Positions 1 to 9,566 are shown, counted from the first letter of the stretch. The stretch: DNA of 24,000 nucleotides from Polycladomyces zharkentensis (GCF_016938855.1 NZ_JAFHAP010000018.1:9825-33824), one strand, 5' to 3'. Translations and numbers: made by a program. Notes: generated from the sequence alone by a model not told the origin.

Positions 1-5
1 ATCAG

Positions 6-1016
6 TTGAAAATGGCCGGTATCGTTCAATTGGTTTTGTATGTCGTCATCATCACCTTCACTATCGAAGGGCTGGGAATGGTCGCATTGGCCTTCCAGTG
101 GGTACCGCAATTCGGTTGGGAAAAAGGCTTGTACTATTCCTTTTTTCATGCCGTTTCCGCCTTTAACAATGCCGGCTTCGACTTGTTCGGCGATGTGTAC
201 GGGAAATTTTCCGGGTTGACGCATTTTGTTGAATCGCCGATCGTCAATTTGACCATTACCAGTTTGATCATTCTCGGCGGGGTCGGTTTCATCGTCATCG
301 TAGAGCTGTTGCAATACCATCGAACCAAACGGTTGAGTCTACATACCAAATTGGTGCTGTCCGTGTCGGCCATCTTGATCGTATCCGGCATGCTGTTGAT
401 CATGATGGTGGAATGGATGAACCCCAAAACACTGGGTCCCCTGTCTTTCGGCGGCAAAATCTTGGCCGCTTATTTCCAATCGGTTTCACCGCGGACAGCC
501 GGATTCAATACAGTGGACATTGCAGGTTTGTATCCGACGACGCAATTTCTGATCGTGATTTTGATGTTCGTCGGGGCTTCTCCCAGTTCGACGGGAGGCG
601 GGATCAAAACAACGACACTGGCTGCCATACTGTTGTCTGTGTGGGCCATGGTACGGGGGCATGACGATGTGGAGTCATTCCGTCGACGCATCCCGAGCAC
701 ACAGGTGTATAAAGCGTTGACGGTCACGGCGGCCGCCTTGACGTTGGTGATTGCGGTGACGATGGTATTGACCATCACGGAAAGTCATTATTTGGGCCGT
801 GACATCCTGCCGGCACTGTTTGAAACGGTATCTGCCTTCGGTACGGTGGGATTGACGATGGGATTTACGCCGCACTTGACGGTGGCGGGCAAACTGTTGA
901 TCGCGTTCACGATGTTTGCCGGACGGCTTGGACCGGTTACCATCGCATTTGCCGTCGCCAAACGGAATGAATATCGTCCGTTCCGATATCCGGAAGAACG
1001 ACCGTTGATCGGATAA
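6..1016 (+). CDS. TrkH/KtrB family potassium uptake transmembrane subunit, C-terminal part (true start upstream of window)
   Basis: ORF to TAA at 1014-1016; multiple TM segments; TrkH-like motifs 'HAVSAFNNAGFDLFG', 'SVSPRTAGFNTVD', 'GASPSSTGGGIKTTT', 'FETVSAFGTVGLTMG'. Confidence 0.9.
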   Translation: MKMAGIVQLVLYVVIITFTIEGLGMVALAFQWVPQFGWEKGLYYSFFHAVSAFNNAGFDLFGDVYGKFSGLTHFVESPIVNLTITSLIILGGVGFIVIVELLQYHRTKRLSLHTKLVLSVSAILIVSGMLLIMMVEWMNPKTLGPLSFGGKILAAYFQSVSPRTAGFNTVDIAGLYPTTQFLIVILMFVGASPSSTGGGIKTTTLAAILLSVWAMVRGHDDVESFRRRIPSTQVYKALTVTAAALTLVIAVTMVLTITESHYLGRDILPALFETVSAFGTVGLTMGFTPHLTVAGKLLIAFTMFAGRLGPVTIAFAVAKRNEYRPFRYPEERPLIG

Positions 1017-1267
1017 GGACCGAAAACGAGGGATAGAGGGATTAAGGGAGTTATGCCGCAAGAAAGAACACGTCCGGCTTTTAGGGGGGATGGTTTGGGT
1101 ACCGATGATGAACGGGGCAGATCATGATGACATGCAAAGCATGAGGAAGGGATGGCCGGATCACCACTGGTGCGTGGGGAGGAGCCGAGCATGGGACAAG
1201 GTTTGACAGGGACGGCTGTTTTGTCGCTCTCACGGATCGCAGGAGTGCTTGCCTGGGGGGGAATGTC

Positions 1268-1918
1268 ATGTCTTCACCAGATGCGTGGCCTGCATTGATT
1301 CAGACGATACCCCAGTGGCTGGGTGTATGGTTGGGTTCGGTGGCGGTGGGCTTGGTTGTGACGGTTCTCAATCTGGCGGTAGCATTACCTGCGGCAAAGG
1401 TGTTGTTTCAAGTGAGGTGGAAGGGAAAACCGATCCTGCCGGGCTTCTTTCTGTTCGTGATCGTACTGTTGGCTTTTGCCTTGGGCATGATGGGGATGGA
1501 CAAGGGACCGGTGGGTTTGGCACTGATGGTGTTCGTTCCCACCCTCCCCACTTCCATCCTCATGTTGACCTATGCTTATCAATGGATCGGGAAAGAAATG
1601 ATGGAGCAGGCCAGTACCTTGGGTGCCTCTCCGATCCAGGTGTTTTGGACGATCACCCTGCCCCTGCTGCGGCCCGTGATCAAAGTGGTTTCTTTGTTGG
1701 TTTTTTTCACCGCATCCGGACAATCCCTTTTGATCCGGTGGATGGAAGGCGGTCGTTCCCTTGGGATCCCCGTACGGATTCATGACGGTTTGAACCGCAC
1801 GACTGGCATGGTTTGCATGTTCCTGTTTGTTGCTTCCGGTATCGTTGCACTGATCTGGATGTGGTGGATGGAACGAAAACACAACGGCAGACGTTCGCAA
1901 GGGGAGGGATGCGGTTGA
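1268..1918 (+). CDS. ABC transporter permease (CysW/ModB/PotB-like, single short permease)
   Basis: Hydrophobic 216-aa ORF with EAA-like loop 'EQASTLGASPIQVFWTITLPLLRP'; G-rich RBS-like GGGGGGA just upstream; overlaps start of ATPase gene. Confidence 0.75.
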   Translation: MSSPDAWPALIQTIPQWLGVWLGSVAVGLVVTVLNLAVALPAAKVLFQVRWKGKPILPGFFLFVIVLLAFALGMMGMDKGPVGLALMVFVPTLPTSILMLTYAYQWIGKEMMEQASTLGASPIQVFWTITLPLLRPVIKVVSLLVFFTASGQSLLIRWMEGGRSLGIPVRIHDGLNRTTGMVCMFLFVASGIVALIWMWWMERKHNGRRSQGEGCG

Positions 1919-2991
1919 AAGAAATGTTGAAGTTGGAAAGATGGACCGCATCGCAGAACAGAAAAACAGTGTTAAAGGACATTCAGCTATCGGTGCATCA
2001 AGGGGAAATTTTCGCCTTTCTCGGCCCGGCAGGTGCAGGAAAAACCATCCTGCTTAAAACCATTGCCGGGCTGCATCCGATTCAGCGGGGGCGCATCTGG
2101 TTAAACGGAATGGATATCACGGCACAGTCCGCCCATCGGCGCAATGTCGTGATGGTGTTTCAAGAAGCAAGGTTGTTTCCCCATATGACGGTGGCGGAAA
2201 ATGTGGATTACGGGTTGCGTTTTCGGAAATTGCCTCCGGATGAACGGAAAAACATGGTGCACAACGCATTGACATGGGTCGGGATGGCGGAAATGGCAGA
2301 CCGGATGCCATCCGGGCTTTCAACCGATCAGCAACGTCGCGTTTCATTTGCGCGTGCACTGGTGTTGCAACCCGATCTGTTGTTGCTGGACGAGCCGTTG
2401 AGAGACTTGGAACCGTGGGTGCGGCAAGATCTGCGGAACCTGCTGAAAGAATTGCTGCACAAGCTCGGAATGACGGCCATCCTCTCCACACGGGAACGCG
2501 AGGAAGCGGTTCAATTGGCGGATCGAATCGCCATCCTCCATCGAGGACGTATCCTGCAGGAGGGAACGGCCAGACAGTTGGTCGACAAACCGGCTGAACC
2601 CGATGTGGCGAGGTGGATGGGATCAGCCGTTCTGATCCGGGGAGTTTGGCGAAAACGAGTGTGGGAAACGGATGTCGGATCTTTCCCCGTTGCGGCGTTT
2701 CCCCGTACTTTTCCGGAAGGAGCGGTTGTCAGCGGTGTGATCTACCCCTGCGATCTCCAGACAGCCGGCTGGTCGCAGCCCATTGGAGAGCGAACGCTGC
2801 GATTGGAGGGCAAATGGATGTATTCCACAGATACGGGAAGGGAATATCAGCATCACATTCAGTTGGACAATGGTGTCCGGGTGTCTGTCTCCAGTCGACG
2901 CCCTTTGGAACGATCGGAAAACGGACGGGTTGCCCTGTTGGTGGAAGCGGACCGCATCCCATTGTTTGCAGATGAGAAACATTTGTTATAA
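1909..2991 (+). CDS. ABC transporter ATP-binding protein (PotA/CysA/FbpC-like) with divergent signature and switch motifs
   Basis: Start ATG at 1909 preceded by GGGGAGGG and overlapping permease stop; Walker A 'GPAGAGKT', Walker B 'LLLLDEP'; C-terminal extension as in PotA-like ATPases. Confidence 0.85.
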   Translation: MRLKEMLKLERWTASQNRKTVLKDIQLSVHQGEIFAFLGPAGAGKTILLKTIAGLHPIQRGRIWLNGMDITAQSAHRRNVVMVFQEARLFPHMTVAENVDYGLRFRKLPPDERKNMVHNALTWVGMAEMADRMPSGLSTDQQRRVSFARALVLQPDLLLLDEPLRDLEPWVRQDLRNLLKELLHKLGMTAILSTREREEAVQLADRIAILHRGRILQEGTARQLVDKPAEPDVARWMGSAVLIRGVWRKRVWETDVGSFPVAAFPRTFPEGAVVSGVIYPCDLQTAGWSQPIGERTLRLEGKWMYSTDTGREYQHHIQLDNGVRVSVSSRRPLERSENGRVALLVEADRIPLFADEKHLL

Positions 2992-3103
2992 TGATAGAAA
3001 AACATCATTCTTTTGAGGTATGATTTGTCTTTTGTTTCAAAAAATGTTGTCATAGTGGAATCATGAAGAACCTGAATCTTGACAATTGAATGGAGGGCGA
3101 AGC

Positions 3104-4024
3104 GTGGGAGAGCAGATGATTCCACTGTTCGACGGAGTCGGACATCCAGTGTGGTTGGACCGGGAAGAATTTCGCAAAGAGGTGATCCCCCAACATTTGG
3201 AGGCGGAATGGAATCATCCGGAGGAATTGTACACCTTTGTGGTGCAGATTTTTCGGGACGGTTTTGTTGAAGAAGCCGATCGCGGCGCCGACCGATTGCT
3301 GGAGTTGTACAACCGGGCTGAAGGTGTTCTTCTGTTGAAATCGCTGATCCTGTTGCGCAAGGGTGAAGACGAAGAAGCGGAAACCTTGGTGCGTGAATGC
3401 ATGGAGAAGTACCCGGATCGTGGAATGGCACACACCTTCTTGGCCCGTATTTATGACAAACGGGGAGACCGGGAAGGTGTGATCGATTCGCTGCGCAGGG
3501 GACTGGAGCTGGAACCCAATCAGGAGACGGCACTGTTGTGGTGGGTCGATCTGACGATCGAAGAAGGCGGCAAGAGCAAGGCGATAGAGGAACTGAAGCC
3601 GTTTGTGGAGAAAGAAGGGGCTTGGTGGCCGAAATTGATCGCGGGTCGTCTTCATCTGGAAGAGGGGGACACCTCAGCAGCGGTTCATCTTTTCAACCAT
3701 GTGCTGGAGTGGTTTCGATCCCGACGGGATGAACAGACGCCCCCGTCATTTGATGAAGAGATCGCGTTGATGACGGTCGTCACCATATTGAGCAAACACG
3801 GATGCCGGGACGAATTAATCACGCTGTGTGATCAGTATTGTCGGACGGATCACTCCACACCTTTTGCGGTTCTGGATTATGCACAGGCGCTGGTCGAAGT
3901 GGGGCGTATCGAGGAAGCGGTCGACCGGTTGCAACAAGCTTCCAACTTCGTCCTTCCCGAATATGTGCATTTGGTGGAACGAAAACTGTCGGAACTGAAG
4001 CAACGGTTTTCATTGAAAATCTGA
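3104..4024 (+). CDS. Tetratricopeptide-repeat-like protein
   Basis: GTG start at 3104 with GGAGGGCGA RBS at 3092; helical repeats such as 'MAHTFLARIYDKRGDREGVIDSLRRGLELEPNQ'. Confidence 0.7.
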   Translation: MGEQMIPLFDGVGHPVWLDREEFRKEVIPQHLEAEWNHPEELYTFVVQIFRDGFVEEADRGADRLLELYNRAEGVLLLKSLILLRKGEDEEAETLVRECMEKYPDRGMAHTFLARIYDKRGDREGVIDSLRRGLELEPNQETALLWWVDLTIEEGGKSKAIEELKPFVEKEGAWWPKLIAGRLHLEEGDTSAAVHLFNHVLEWFRSRRDEQTPPSFDEEIALMTVVTILSKHGCRDELITLCDQYCRTDHSTPFAVLDYAQALVEVGRIEEAVDRLQQASNFVLPEYVHLVERKLSELKQRFSLKI

Positions 4025-4055
4025 ATTCCGACTGACGGGACAGTCTAATCATGAC

Positions 4056-4090
4056 AGCCTCCGGTTATTGTCAAACGGAGGCTTTCTTTA
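4056..4090 (+). terminator. Intrinsic terminator
   Basis: AGCCTCCG (4056-4063) / CGGAGGCT (4076-4083) followed by TTCTTTAT. Confidence 0.8.
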
Positions 4091-4116
4091 TATCATGGAA
4101 AGAAGGAGTGTGACGG

Positions 4117-4446
4117 ATGAGCCATCTGTGGTATGAATTGATCTACGACGAACGTCTTGGTATTGAACGCCCGGTGTTGCACGTGGCATATGATCAGTTG
4201 ACCCTGGAGCAACAAGACGAGTTCGAAATGGTTTGTCAACGGGTATGTGCCCAAATTCCCCCGCAAATCAAGCTGCTGGAGCAAGCTTATATGGATTGTT
4301 ATGAGCGCTTGAAACAGGCGGACGGGGACGAGGCGTTTTATGAGACGATGGAGAAAATGAACGACATTTCCAGCCGCATATGTGATCTGAATGTTTTGTT
4401 TTTGCAAATTGAAGGCAGTTTTTTGGCCAGTCGAGCGCATACATGA
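4117..4446 (+). CDS. Hypothetical protein (109 aa)
   Basis: ORF with AAGGAGTG RBS upstream, flanked by terminators on both sides. Confidence 0.65.
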   Translation: MSHLWYELIYDERLGIERPVLHVAYDQLTLEQQDEFEMVCQRVCAQIPPQIKLLEQAYMDCYERLKQADGDEAFYETMEKMNDISSRICDLNVLFLQIEGSFLASRAHT

Positions 4447-4478
4447 CCAAGCAGGGATTCCTCGCTTGGTTTTTCTTT
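4446..4478 (+). terminator. Intrinsic terminator
   Basis: ACCAAGC (4446-4452) / GCTTGGT (4464-4470) followed by TTTTCTTTT. Confidence 0.7.
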
Positions 4479-4495
4479 TGGTCAAACGAAGGGAA

Positions 4496-4531
4496 TTAAC
4501 GTTGACGTTAACGTTAATCTTTCGGTACAAT
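4496..4531 (+). promoter_or_regulatory. Promoter/operator region of merR-mfs operon
   Basis: TTGACG (4502-4507), 18-nt spacer, TACAAT (4526-4531); overlaps near-perfect palindrome TTAACGTTGAC-GTTAACGTTAA (4496-4517). Confidence 0.6.
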
Positions 4532-4558
4532 GAATATCAATTGAAGAGGTGACCTGCC

Positions 4559-5014
4559 ATGGCTTGGCTCAAAATTGAAGATGTCGCAAGGGAAACGGGA
4601 TTGACAAAGCGGGCGATCCGTTATTACGAGGAGATTGGGTTGTTTCAGCCCAGCCAGCGCAGTGACAGCGGGTATCGCCTGTATACGGACGCAGATGTCC
4701 AAGAATTGAAACGTGTGGTGGACATCAAGGAGGTATTGGGATTTTCGTTGCAGGAGATCCAGCAGTTTATGGAGCTGGGCAAACGCATTGAGGCATATCG
4801 TCGGGATTACAGCCAAGCCACAGACCCGGCGGTGAAACGGCAGGATATCAGGGAGATGCGGGAAGCGCTGGAACAGCAGTTGCAGATGGTGGAAGCGAAA
4901 ATGAGGAAGATGGTGACGTTTCAGCAAGAAGTGCAAAACATGTTGACCCAGCTCCGGAAGATAGAAGAGACAATGGAGGGAGAGAATGAAAAGCGTGGGT
5001 TCGATGATACCTGA
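4559..5014 (+). CDS. MerR family transcriptional regulator (YfmP-like)
   Basis: N-terminal MerR HTH 'LKIEDVARETGLTKRAIRYYEEIGLFQPSQRSDSGYRLYTDADVQEL', coiled coil, adjacent MFS gene. Confidence 0.9.
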   Translation: MAWLKIEDVARETGLTKRAIRYYEEIGLFQPSQRSDSGYRLYTDADVQELKRVVDIKEVLGFSLQEIQQFMELGKRIEAYRRDYSQATDPAVKRQDIREMREALEQQLQMVEAKMRKMVTFQQEVQNMLTQLRKIEETMEGENEKRGFDDT

Positions 5015-6164
5015 TGAACATGAGCGACGGGCGCGGCGCAGTATTTTGACCACCTGTTTGGCGGCATTGTTCGGCTTTATGGGAATCGGTGTGGTGGACC
5101 CGATTTTGCCGATCATCGCCAATCAGATCGGCGCGACACACTGGCAGGTGGAAATGCTGTTTACCAGCTATATTTTCATGATGGCGTTCATCATGATCCC
5201 CAGCGGGATCTTGGCCGCGCGTTGGGGCAGCAAACGAATCATGGTGTGCGGACTTTTTCTGGTGGCGGTCTTTGCATCGGCTTGTGCGATGTCATCCACC
5301 ATCGGCCAATTGATGGCATTTCGTGCCGGTTGGGGAATGGGCAATGCGATGTTTTTCGCCACATCCATGTCCATCCTGATCGGGATGGCTGCCAACTTGG
5401 ATCAAGCCATGGGTTATTATGAGGCCGCTTTGGGGATGGGTATGTCGTTCGGTCCGCTGTTGGGCGGATTGCTCGGTCAGTTCGGATGGCGGTATCCGTT
5501 TGTGGCCACCAGTGTCCTGATGCTGTTGGCGTTTGTACTGACGATTCTCCTGGTTCAGGAGCCAAAAGGTCAGGCCAGCCGACGTGCCGGTTTCGGCGAC
5601 TTTGTCTCCGCCCTCGCATATCGTCCTTTTCTGTTGGTGGCCGTGGCGGCGATGCTGTACTACTACGCCTTTTTCACCGTTTTGGCTTATTCACCCTTGT
5701 TGTTGAAGTTGGATGCCATTTCTTTGGGGCTGATTTTTTTCGGATGGGGTGTCGGTTTGGGGATCGGTTCCACCAAGTGGGCGCACGGATTGTTGCATCG
5801 CCATTCGCCGATGTGGGTGGTCCGTCTGGGAGCGGGACTGATGGCGGCCGTACTGCTGTTGGTGCTGCTGTCGCCCAACAAAGTGATCACGATCGCCGTG
5901 ATCGTATTGTCGGGTTTTGTGTCCGGGTTGAACAACACCGCATATTCGACATTGGCGATTGAGACATCCCAAGCCCAACGGAGCATCGCTTCAGGTGCGT
6001 ACAATTTCATTCGTTGGCTGGGTGCCGCCGTGGCACCCGTGACGGCCGGATTCGCCTCCACGTTCTTTCCGACGGCACCGTATGCGATCGCGTTATGCTG
6101 CATGCTGATTTGTGCAGGACTGCTGATGTCGTTCAAAAGCACGCAGACACCGGTTGCATCATGA
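4986..6164 (+). CDS. MFS transporter (YfmO-like efflux protein)
   Basis: 12-TM-like ORF; 'GFMGIGVVDPILPIIANQIGA' and 'GILAARWGSKRI' MFS motifs; RBS GAGGGAGAG; overlaps merR end. Confidence 0.85.
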   Translation: MKSVGSMIPDEHERRARRSILTTCLAALFGFMGIGVVDPILPIIANQIGATHWQVEMLFTSYIFMMAFIMIPSGILAARWGSKRIMVCGLFLVAVFASACAMSSTIGQLMAFRAGWGMGNAMFFATSMSILIGMAANLDQAMGYYEAALGMGMSFGPLLGGLLGQFGWRYPFVATSVLMLLAFVLTILLVQEPKGQASRRAGFGDFVSALAYRPFLLVAVAAMLYYYAFFTVLAYSPLLLKLDAISLGLIFFGWGVGLGIGSTKWAHGLLHRHSPMWVVRLGAGLMAAVLLLVLLSPNKVITIAVIVLSGFVSGLNNTAYSTLAIETSQAQRSIASGAYNFIRWLGAAVAPVTAGFASTFFPTAPYAIALCCMLICAGLLMSFKSTQTPVAS

Positions 6165-6184
6165 TGATAAACTCGTCTTCACCC

Positions 6185-6226
6185 CAGGCTCCGCCGCCAT
6201 TTTCGCCGGTGGAGCCTGTTTCCCCT
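6185..6226 (+). terminator. Intrinsic terminator after MFS gene
   Basis: CAGGCTCC (6185-6192) / GGAGCCTG (6211-6218), then TTTCCCCTTCTT. Confidence 0.6.
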
Positions 6227-6310
6227 TCTTGTATGGCAAAATTAACCTTTTTACATTTGCTCATCCTTTACTAAAATAAAGAAGGGCGAATTTCAATAGA
6301 AAGGTGGGAG

Positions 6311-6349
6311 AAGACGAGTCGAAGCCCACTTGACGGACTCGTCTTTTTA
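6311..6349 (+). terminator. Strong terminator-like hairpin abutting the next start codon (possible leader attenuator)
   Basis: AAGACGAGTC (6311-6320) / GACTCGTCTT (6336-6345) perfect 10-bp stem and T run; ATG at 6356. Confidence 0.6.
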
Positions 6350-6355
6350 TCTGAT

Positions 6356-7786
6356 ATGGTGAAACGGAAAGAACTGAACTTGTTTTCGTTGATTGCAATT
6401 GTGGTCGGCACGATGGTGGGCGGTGGTGCGTTCAATCTGCCGAGCGACCTTGCCGTCGCGGCCAACAGTGGTCCTGTGCTTATTGGTTGGCTGATTACCG
6501 GGGTCGGAATGATTGCATTGGCATTGGTTTTGCAAAATTTGGCCGTGCGCCGTCCCGATCTGGACGGAGGGATCTACAGTTTTGCCCGGGCAGGATTTGG
6601 TGAATTTTTGGGATTCAACAGTGCATGGGGATACTGGGTGTCGGCGCTGTTGGGCAATGTGGCCTATGCTACTTTGTTGTTCGGTTCACTCAGTTATTTC
6701 TTCCCCATGTTTGGCAAAGGGAACAACCTTCCCTCCATCGTTTTTGCATCCGTTTTGCTGTGGATGCTCCACTTTCTGATTCTGCGCGGGGTGAGGGAAG
6801 CGGCGTTATTCAACCTCATCGCGACAATCGGAAAACTGGTGCCCATTTTCCTCTTTTTGATTCTGATGGTTTTTGTGTTTCACTGGGATGTTTTCGTCCG
6901 TGACTTTTGGGGAACGGCTCAGGGTTTCGATTGGTCGGTGGTCAAACAACAAGTGAAAGACACCATGCTGGTGACACTGTGGGTCTTTGTCGGGGTAGAA
7001 GGTGCCGTCGTGCTGTCCGGACGGGCCAAGCATCGACAAGATGTGGGCCGGGCCACGGTTATCGGACTGCTGGGCACGATGGTGATCTACGTTTTGATCT
7101 CTGTCCTCTCCATGGGCGCACTCAGCCGAGGGACGCTGGCGAAACTGCATGAGCCATCGCTGGCGTATGTGCTGGAACACGTTGTCGGACCCTGGGGAGC
7201 TGTGATCATCAACTTGGGATTGGTCATTTCCCTGTTGGGGGCGATGCTGGGTTGGACGCTTCTGGCCGCCGAATTGCCGTATGTGGCAGCCAGAGACGGA
7301 ATCTTTCCCCGTTGGTTGGGCAAAGAAAACCGCAACGGCAGCCCGAGTGGGTCGTTGTGGTTGACCAACGGGCTGATTCAATTGTTCATCATCATCGTCC
7401 TCTTCTCTGAGTCGACCTATCAGGTGGCGTATTCATTGGCCAGTGTCGCCATTCTGCTGCCTTACCTGTTTTCGGCACTGTACCAGGTAAAACTGGTATG
7501 GACAGGTGAAGGGTACGCTGAGGGCGAATCCCGAGGCAAAGATTTGCTGCTTGGAATTGTGGCTGCGCTCTACGCGTTGTGGCTTGTTTATGCCGCCGGG
7601 TTGGATTTTCTTTTGATGACGGCGATTTTGTATGCGTTGGGCATTTACTTCTATATTTCCGCCCGCAGGGAAAATGGCAAAAAAGCATTTCGCGGTTGGG
7701 AATTGTCGCTTGCTGCCGGAATCCTCATCGCAGCCGGTGCGGCAGTCTATCTGATTGCTGTCGGCCAGTTGTCCCCGGCGGGTTGA
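6356..7786 (+). CDS. APC-family basic amino acid / arginine:ornithine antiporter-like permease
   Basis: 'SLIAIVVGTMVGGGAFNLPSDLA' N-terminal APC signature, ~12 hydrophobic segments. Confidence 0.85.
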   Translation: MVKRKELNLFSLIAIVVGTMVGGGAFNLPSDLAVAANSGPVLIGWLITGVGMIALALVLQNLAVRRPDLDGGIYSFARAGFGEFLGFNSAWGYWVSALLGNVAYATLLFGSLSYFFPMFGKGNNLPSIVFASVLLWMLHFLILRGVREAALFNLIATIGKLVPIFLFLILMVFVFHWDVFVRDFWGTAQGFDWSVVKQQVKDTMLVTLWVFVGVEGAVVLSGRAKHRQDVGRATVIGLLGTMVIYVLISVLSMGALSRGTLAKLHEPSLAYVLEHVVGPWGAVIINLGLVISLLGAMLGWTLLAAELPYVAARDGIFPRWLGKENRNGSPSGSLWLTNGLIQLFIIIVLFSESTYQVAYSLASVAILLPYLFSALYQVKLVWTGEGYAEGESRGKDLLLGIVAALYALWLVYAAGLDFLLMTAILYALGIYFYISARRENGKKAFRGWELSLAAGILIAAGAAVYLIAVGQLSPAG

Positions 7787-7907
7787 TATTCCTGTAACAA
7801 ACGATTTCCATCATGAACCATTCCTTTACATTTTGGTAAATCCCATTTTCAACCCTATCAATTAAGAGTATGATAAGGAATGGTGAAGAAATCATGGACA
7901 GGAGGAA

Positions 7908-8534
7908 TTGGCGTTGTTGTTCAACCGAGCGAAGGATCGGGTCTTCTACCAAACATTGATCGACGCAGCTGCAAACCTCGTCGAAGCGATGCAACTGTTT
8001 CGCGAAAATGTTGAAACCCTGGAAGAGAAAGAGCAGTTCGCCGAACGGCTCAAAGAGCTGGAAGACAAAGGCGACGAATATACACACCTGATCATTCGGG
8101 AATTGAATCAAACCTTCGTGACACCGCTGGATCGGGAAGATATCCTGCAGTTGGCGGTCAAGTTGGATGATGTGCTGGACGGCATCGAAGCGTGCGCATC
8201 TCGTTTCGTCTATTTCCGTGTGCATCAAACCACGCCGTATTTGGTACAGTTCGCCGACATCCTGGAACGTTCCGCCAAGTACTTGCATGAAGCCTTCATC
8301 GCACTGGAAAAACGGGATTACGCCACGATTCGTAAACTCTCCGTCGAGATCAACTTGTTGGAAAATGAAGGGGACCGGCTGATGCGGGAAAGTGTGGGAT
8401 CGTTGTTTGAAAACCCGACTGACCCGATTGAACTGATCAAGATGAAAGAGATCTACGAGAAGCTGGAAGGCGTGACGGATACGACGGAAGACTTGGCGGA
8501 TGTGATGGAAAGTGTGGTTATGAAGTATGCCTGA
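7908..8534 (+). CDS. DUF47 (PhoU-like) family protein, Pit accessory
   Basis: TTG start at 7908 with GGAGGA RBS; 'YTHLIIRELNQTFVTPLDREDILQLAVKLDDVLDGIE' is DUF47-characteristic; overlaps pit. Confidence 0.9.
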   Translation: MALLFNRAKDRVFYQTLIDAAANLVEAMQLFRENVETLEEKEQFAERLKELEDKGDEYTHLIIRELNQTFVTPLDREDILQLAVKLDDVLDGIEACASRFVYFRVHQTTPYLVQFADILERSAKYLHEAFIALEKRDYATIRKLSVEINLLENEGDRLMRESVGSLFENPTDPIELIKMKEIYEKLEGVTDTTEDLADVMESVVMKYA

Positions 8535-9522
8535 TCCGATGTGGTTAGTCGTACTCGTCGTCATTCTCGCACTCATCTTTGATTTTACCAACGGGTGGAA
8601 TGATTCGGCGAATGCGATCGCAACCGTTGTCGGCACGCGGACGCTTTCGCCCTTCCAAGCCCTGATGTTGTCCGCCGTGTTGAACCTGGCCGGGGCGTTT
8701 TTCTCCACTGCCGTGGCCAAAGCGATCGGAAATGACATCGTTGATCCCAAAGGCATTACATTGCTGGTAATCGTCGCCACGCTGCTGGCGGCCATTTTGT
8801 GGAATACGGCCATGACACTGATGGGGTTGCCGATCAGCGCATCCCACGCCTTGATCGGGTCATTGGTCGGAGCGGCCATCGCATACAACGGGTGGGACGT
8901 GCTGCGGTTGAAAGGGATCGTCACCATCTTGATCGCCCTTCTGGTTTCACCGTTGTTGGGTGGCGTGCTGGGATATGCCATCATGAAGCTGATCCGCCGG
9001 GTGTTTGCGGAAACGTCGCCTTCCAAAGTGAAAAAGTGGTTCCGACCGCTGCAAATTGTATCGGCGTCGTTCATGTCGTTCAGTCACGGTACGTCGGATG
9101 CGCAAAAGGCAATGGGCATCATCACACTCGCCTTGTTCACCAGTGGCCATCTCTCCAGTTTGGAGGTGCCGACCTGGGTGATGGTCGCCGCCGGTTTGGC
9201 GATGGCCATCGGTACGGCGGCAGGTGGATGGCGTGTGATCCAGACGATGGGCGCTCGCCTGAGTCGGTTGGAAACTCCTCACGGCTTTTCTGCAGAAACC
9301 GCCGCCGCACTGATTTTGACGACGGTGGCCAAAATCGGCGTTCCGGTCAGTTCCACGCATACGATCACCGGTTCCATCATCGGTGTCGGTGCGGCCGAAC
9401 GGATCCGCAGTGTGCGTTGGGGCATCGCCGGCAAGATCATCTACGCTTGGGTGCTGACCCTGCCTGGCACGGCCGTGATGGGCTTTATCCTGTATGAAAT
9501 TCTGCGGGTGCTGGAACCGTAA
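8527..9522 (+). CDS. pit: Inorganic phosphate transporter, PiT family
   Basis: 'FDFTNGWNDSANAIATVVGTRTLSP' and 'GTSDAQKAMGIITLAL', 'GVPVSSTHTITGSIIGVG' duplicated PiT signatures. Confidence 0.95.
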   Translation: MPDPMWLVVLVVILALIFDFTNGWNDSANAIATVVGTRTLSPFQALMLSAVLNLAGAFFSTAVAKAIGNDIVDPKGITLLVIVATLLAAILWNTAMTLMGLPISASHALIGSLVGAAIAYNGWDVLRLKGIVTILIALLVSPLLGGVLGYAIMKLIRRVFAETSPSKVKKWFRPLQIVSASFMSFSHGTSDAQKAMGIITLALFTSGHLSSLEVPTWVMVAAGLAMAIGTAAGGWRVIQTMGARLSRLETPHGFSAETAAALILTTVAKIGVPVSSTHTITGSIIGVGAAERIRSVRWGIAGKIIYAWVLTLPGTAVMGFILYEILRVLEP

Positions 9523-9536
9523 TCAACCATACAAAA

Positions 9537-9566
9537 AACCGGTCAATCGACCGGTTGGTTGTTTTT
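9537..9566 (+). terminator. Intrinsic terminator after pit
   Basis: AACCGGTC (9537-9544) / GACCGGTT (9549-9556), GGTTGTTTTT tail. Confidence 0.75.

Noticed and set aside
1152-1298. 48-aa ORF 'MAGSPLVRGEEPSMGQGLTGTAVLSLSRIAGVLAWGGMSCLHQMRGLH' before the ABC permease
   Set aside because: Short, overlaps the permease start out of frame, no recognisable domain; possible but unsupported.
7725-9074. 449-aa minus-strand ORF antisense to DUF47/pit
   Set aside because: Shadow ORF of well-supported plus-strand genes.
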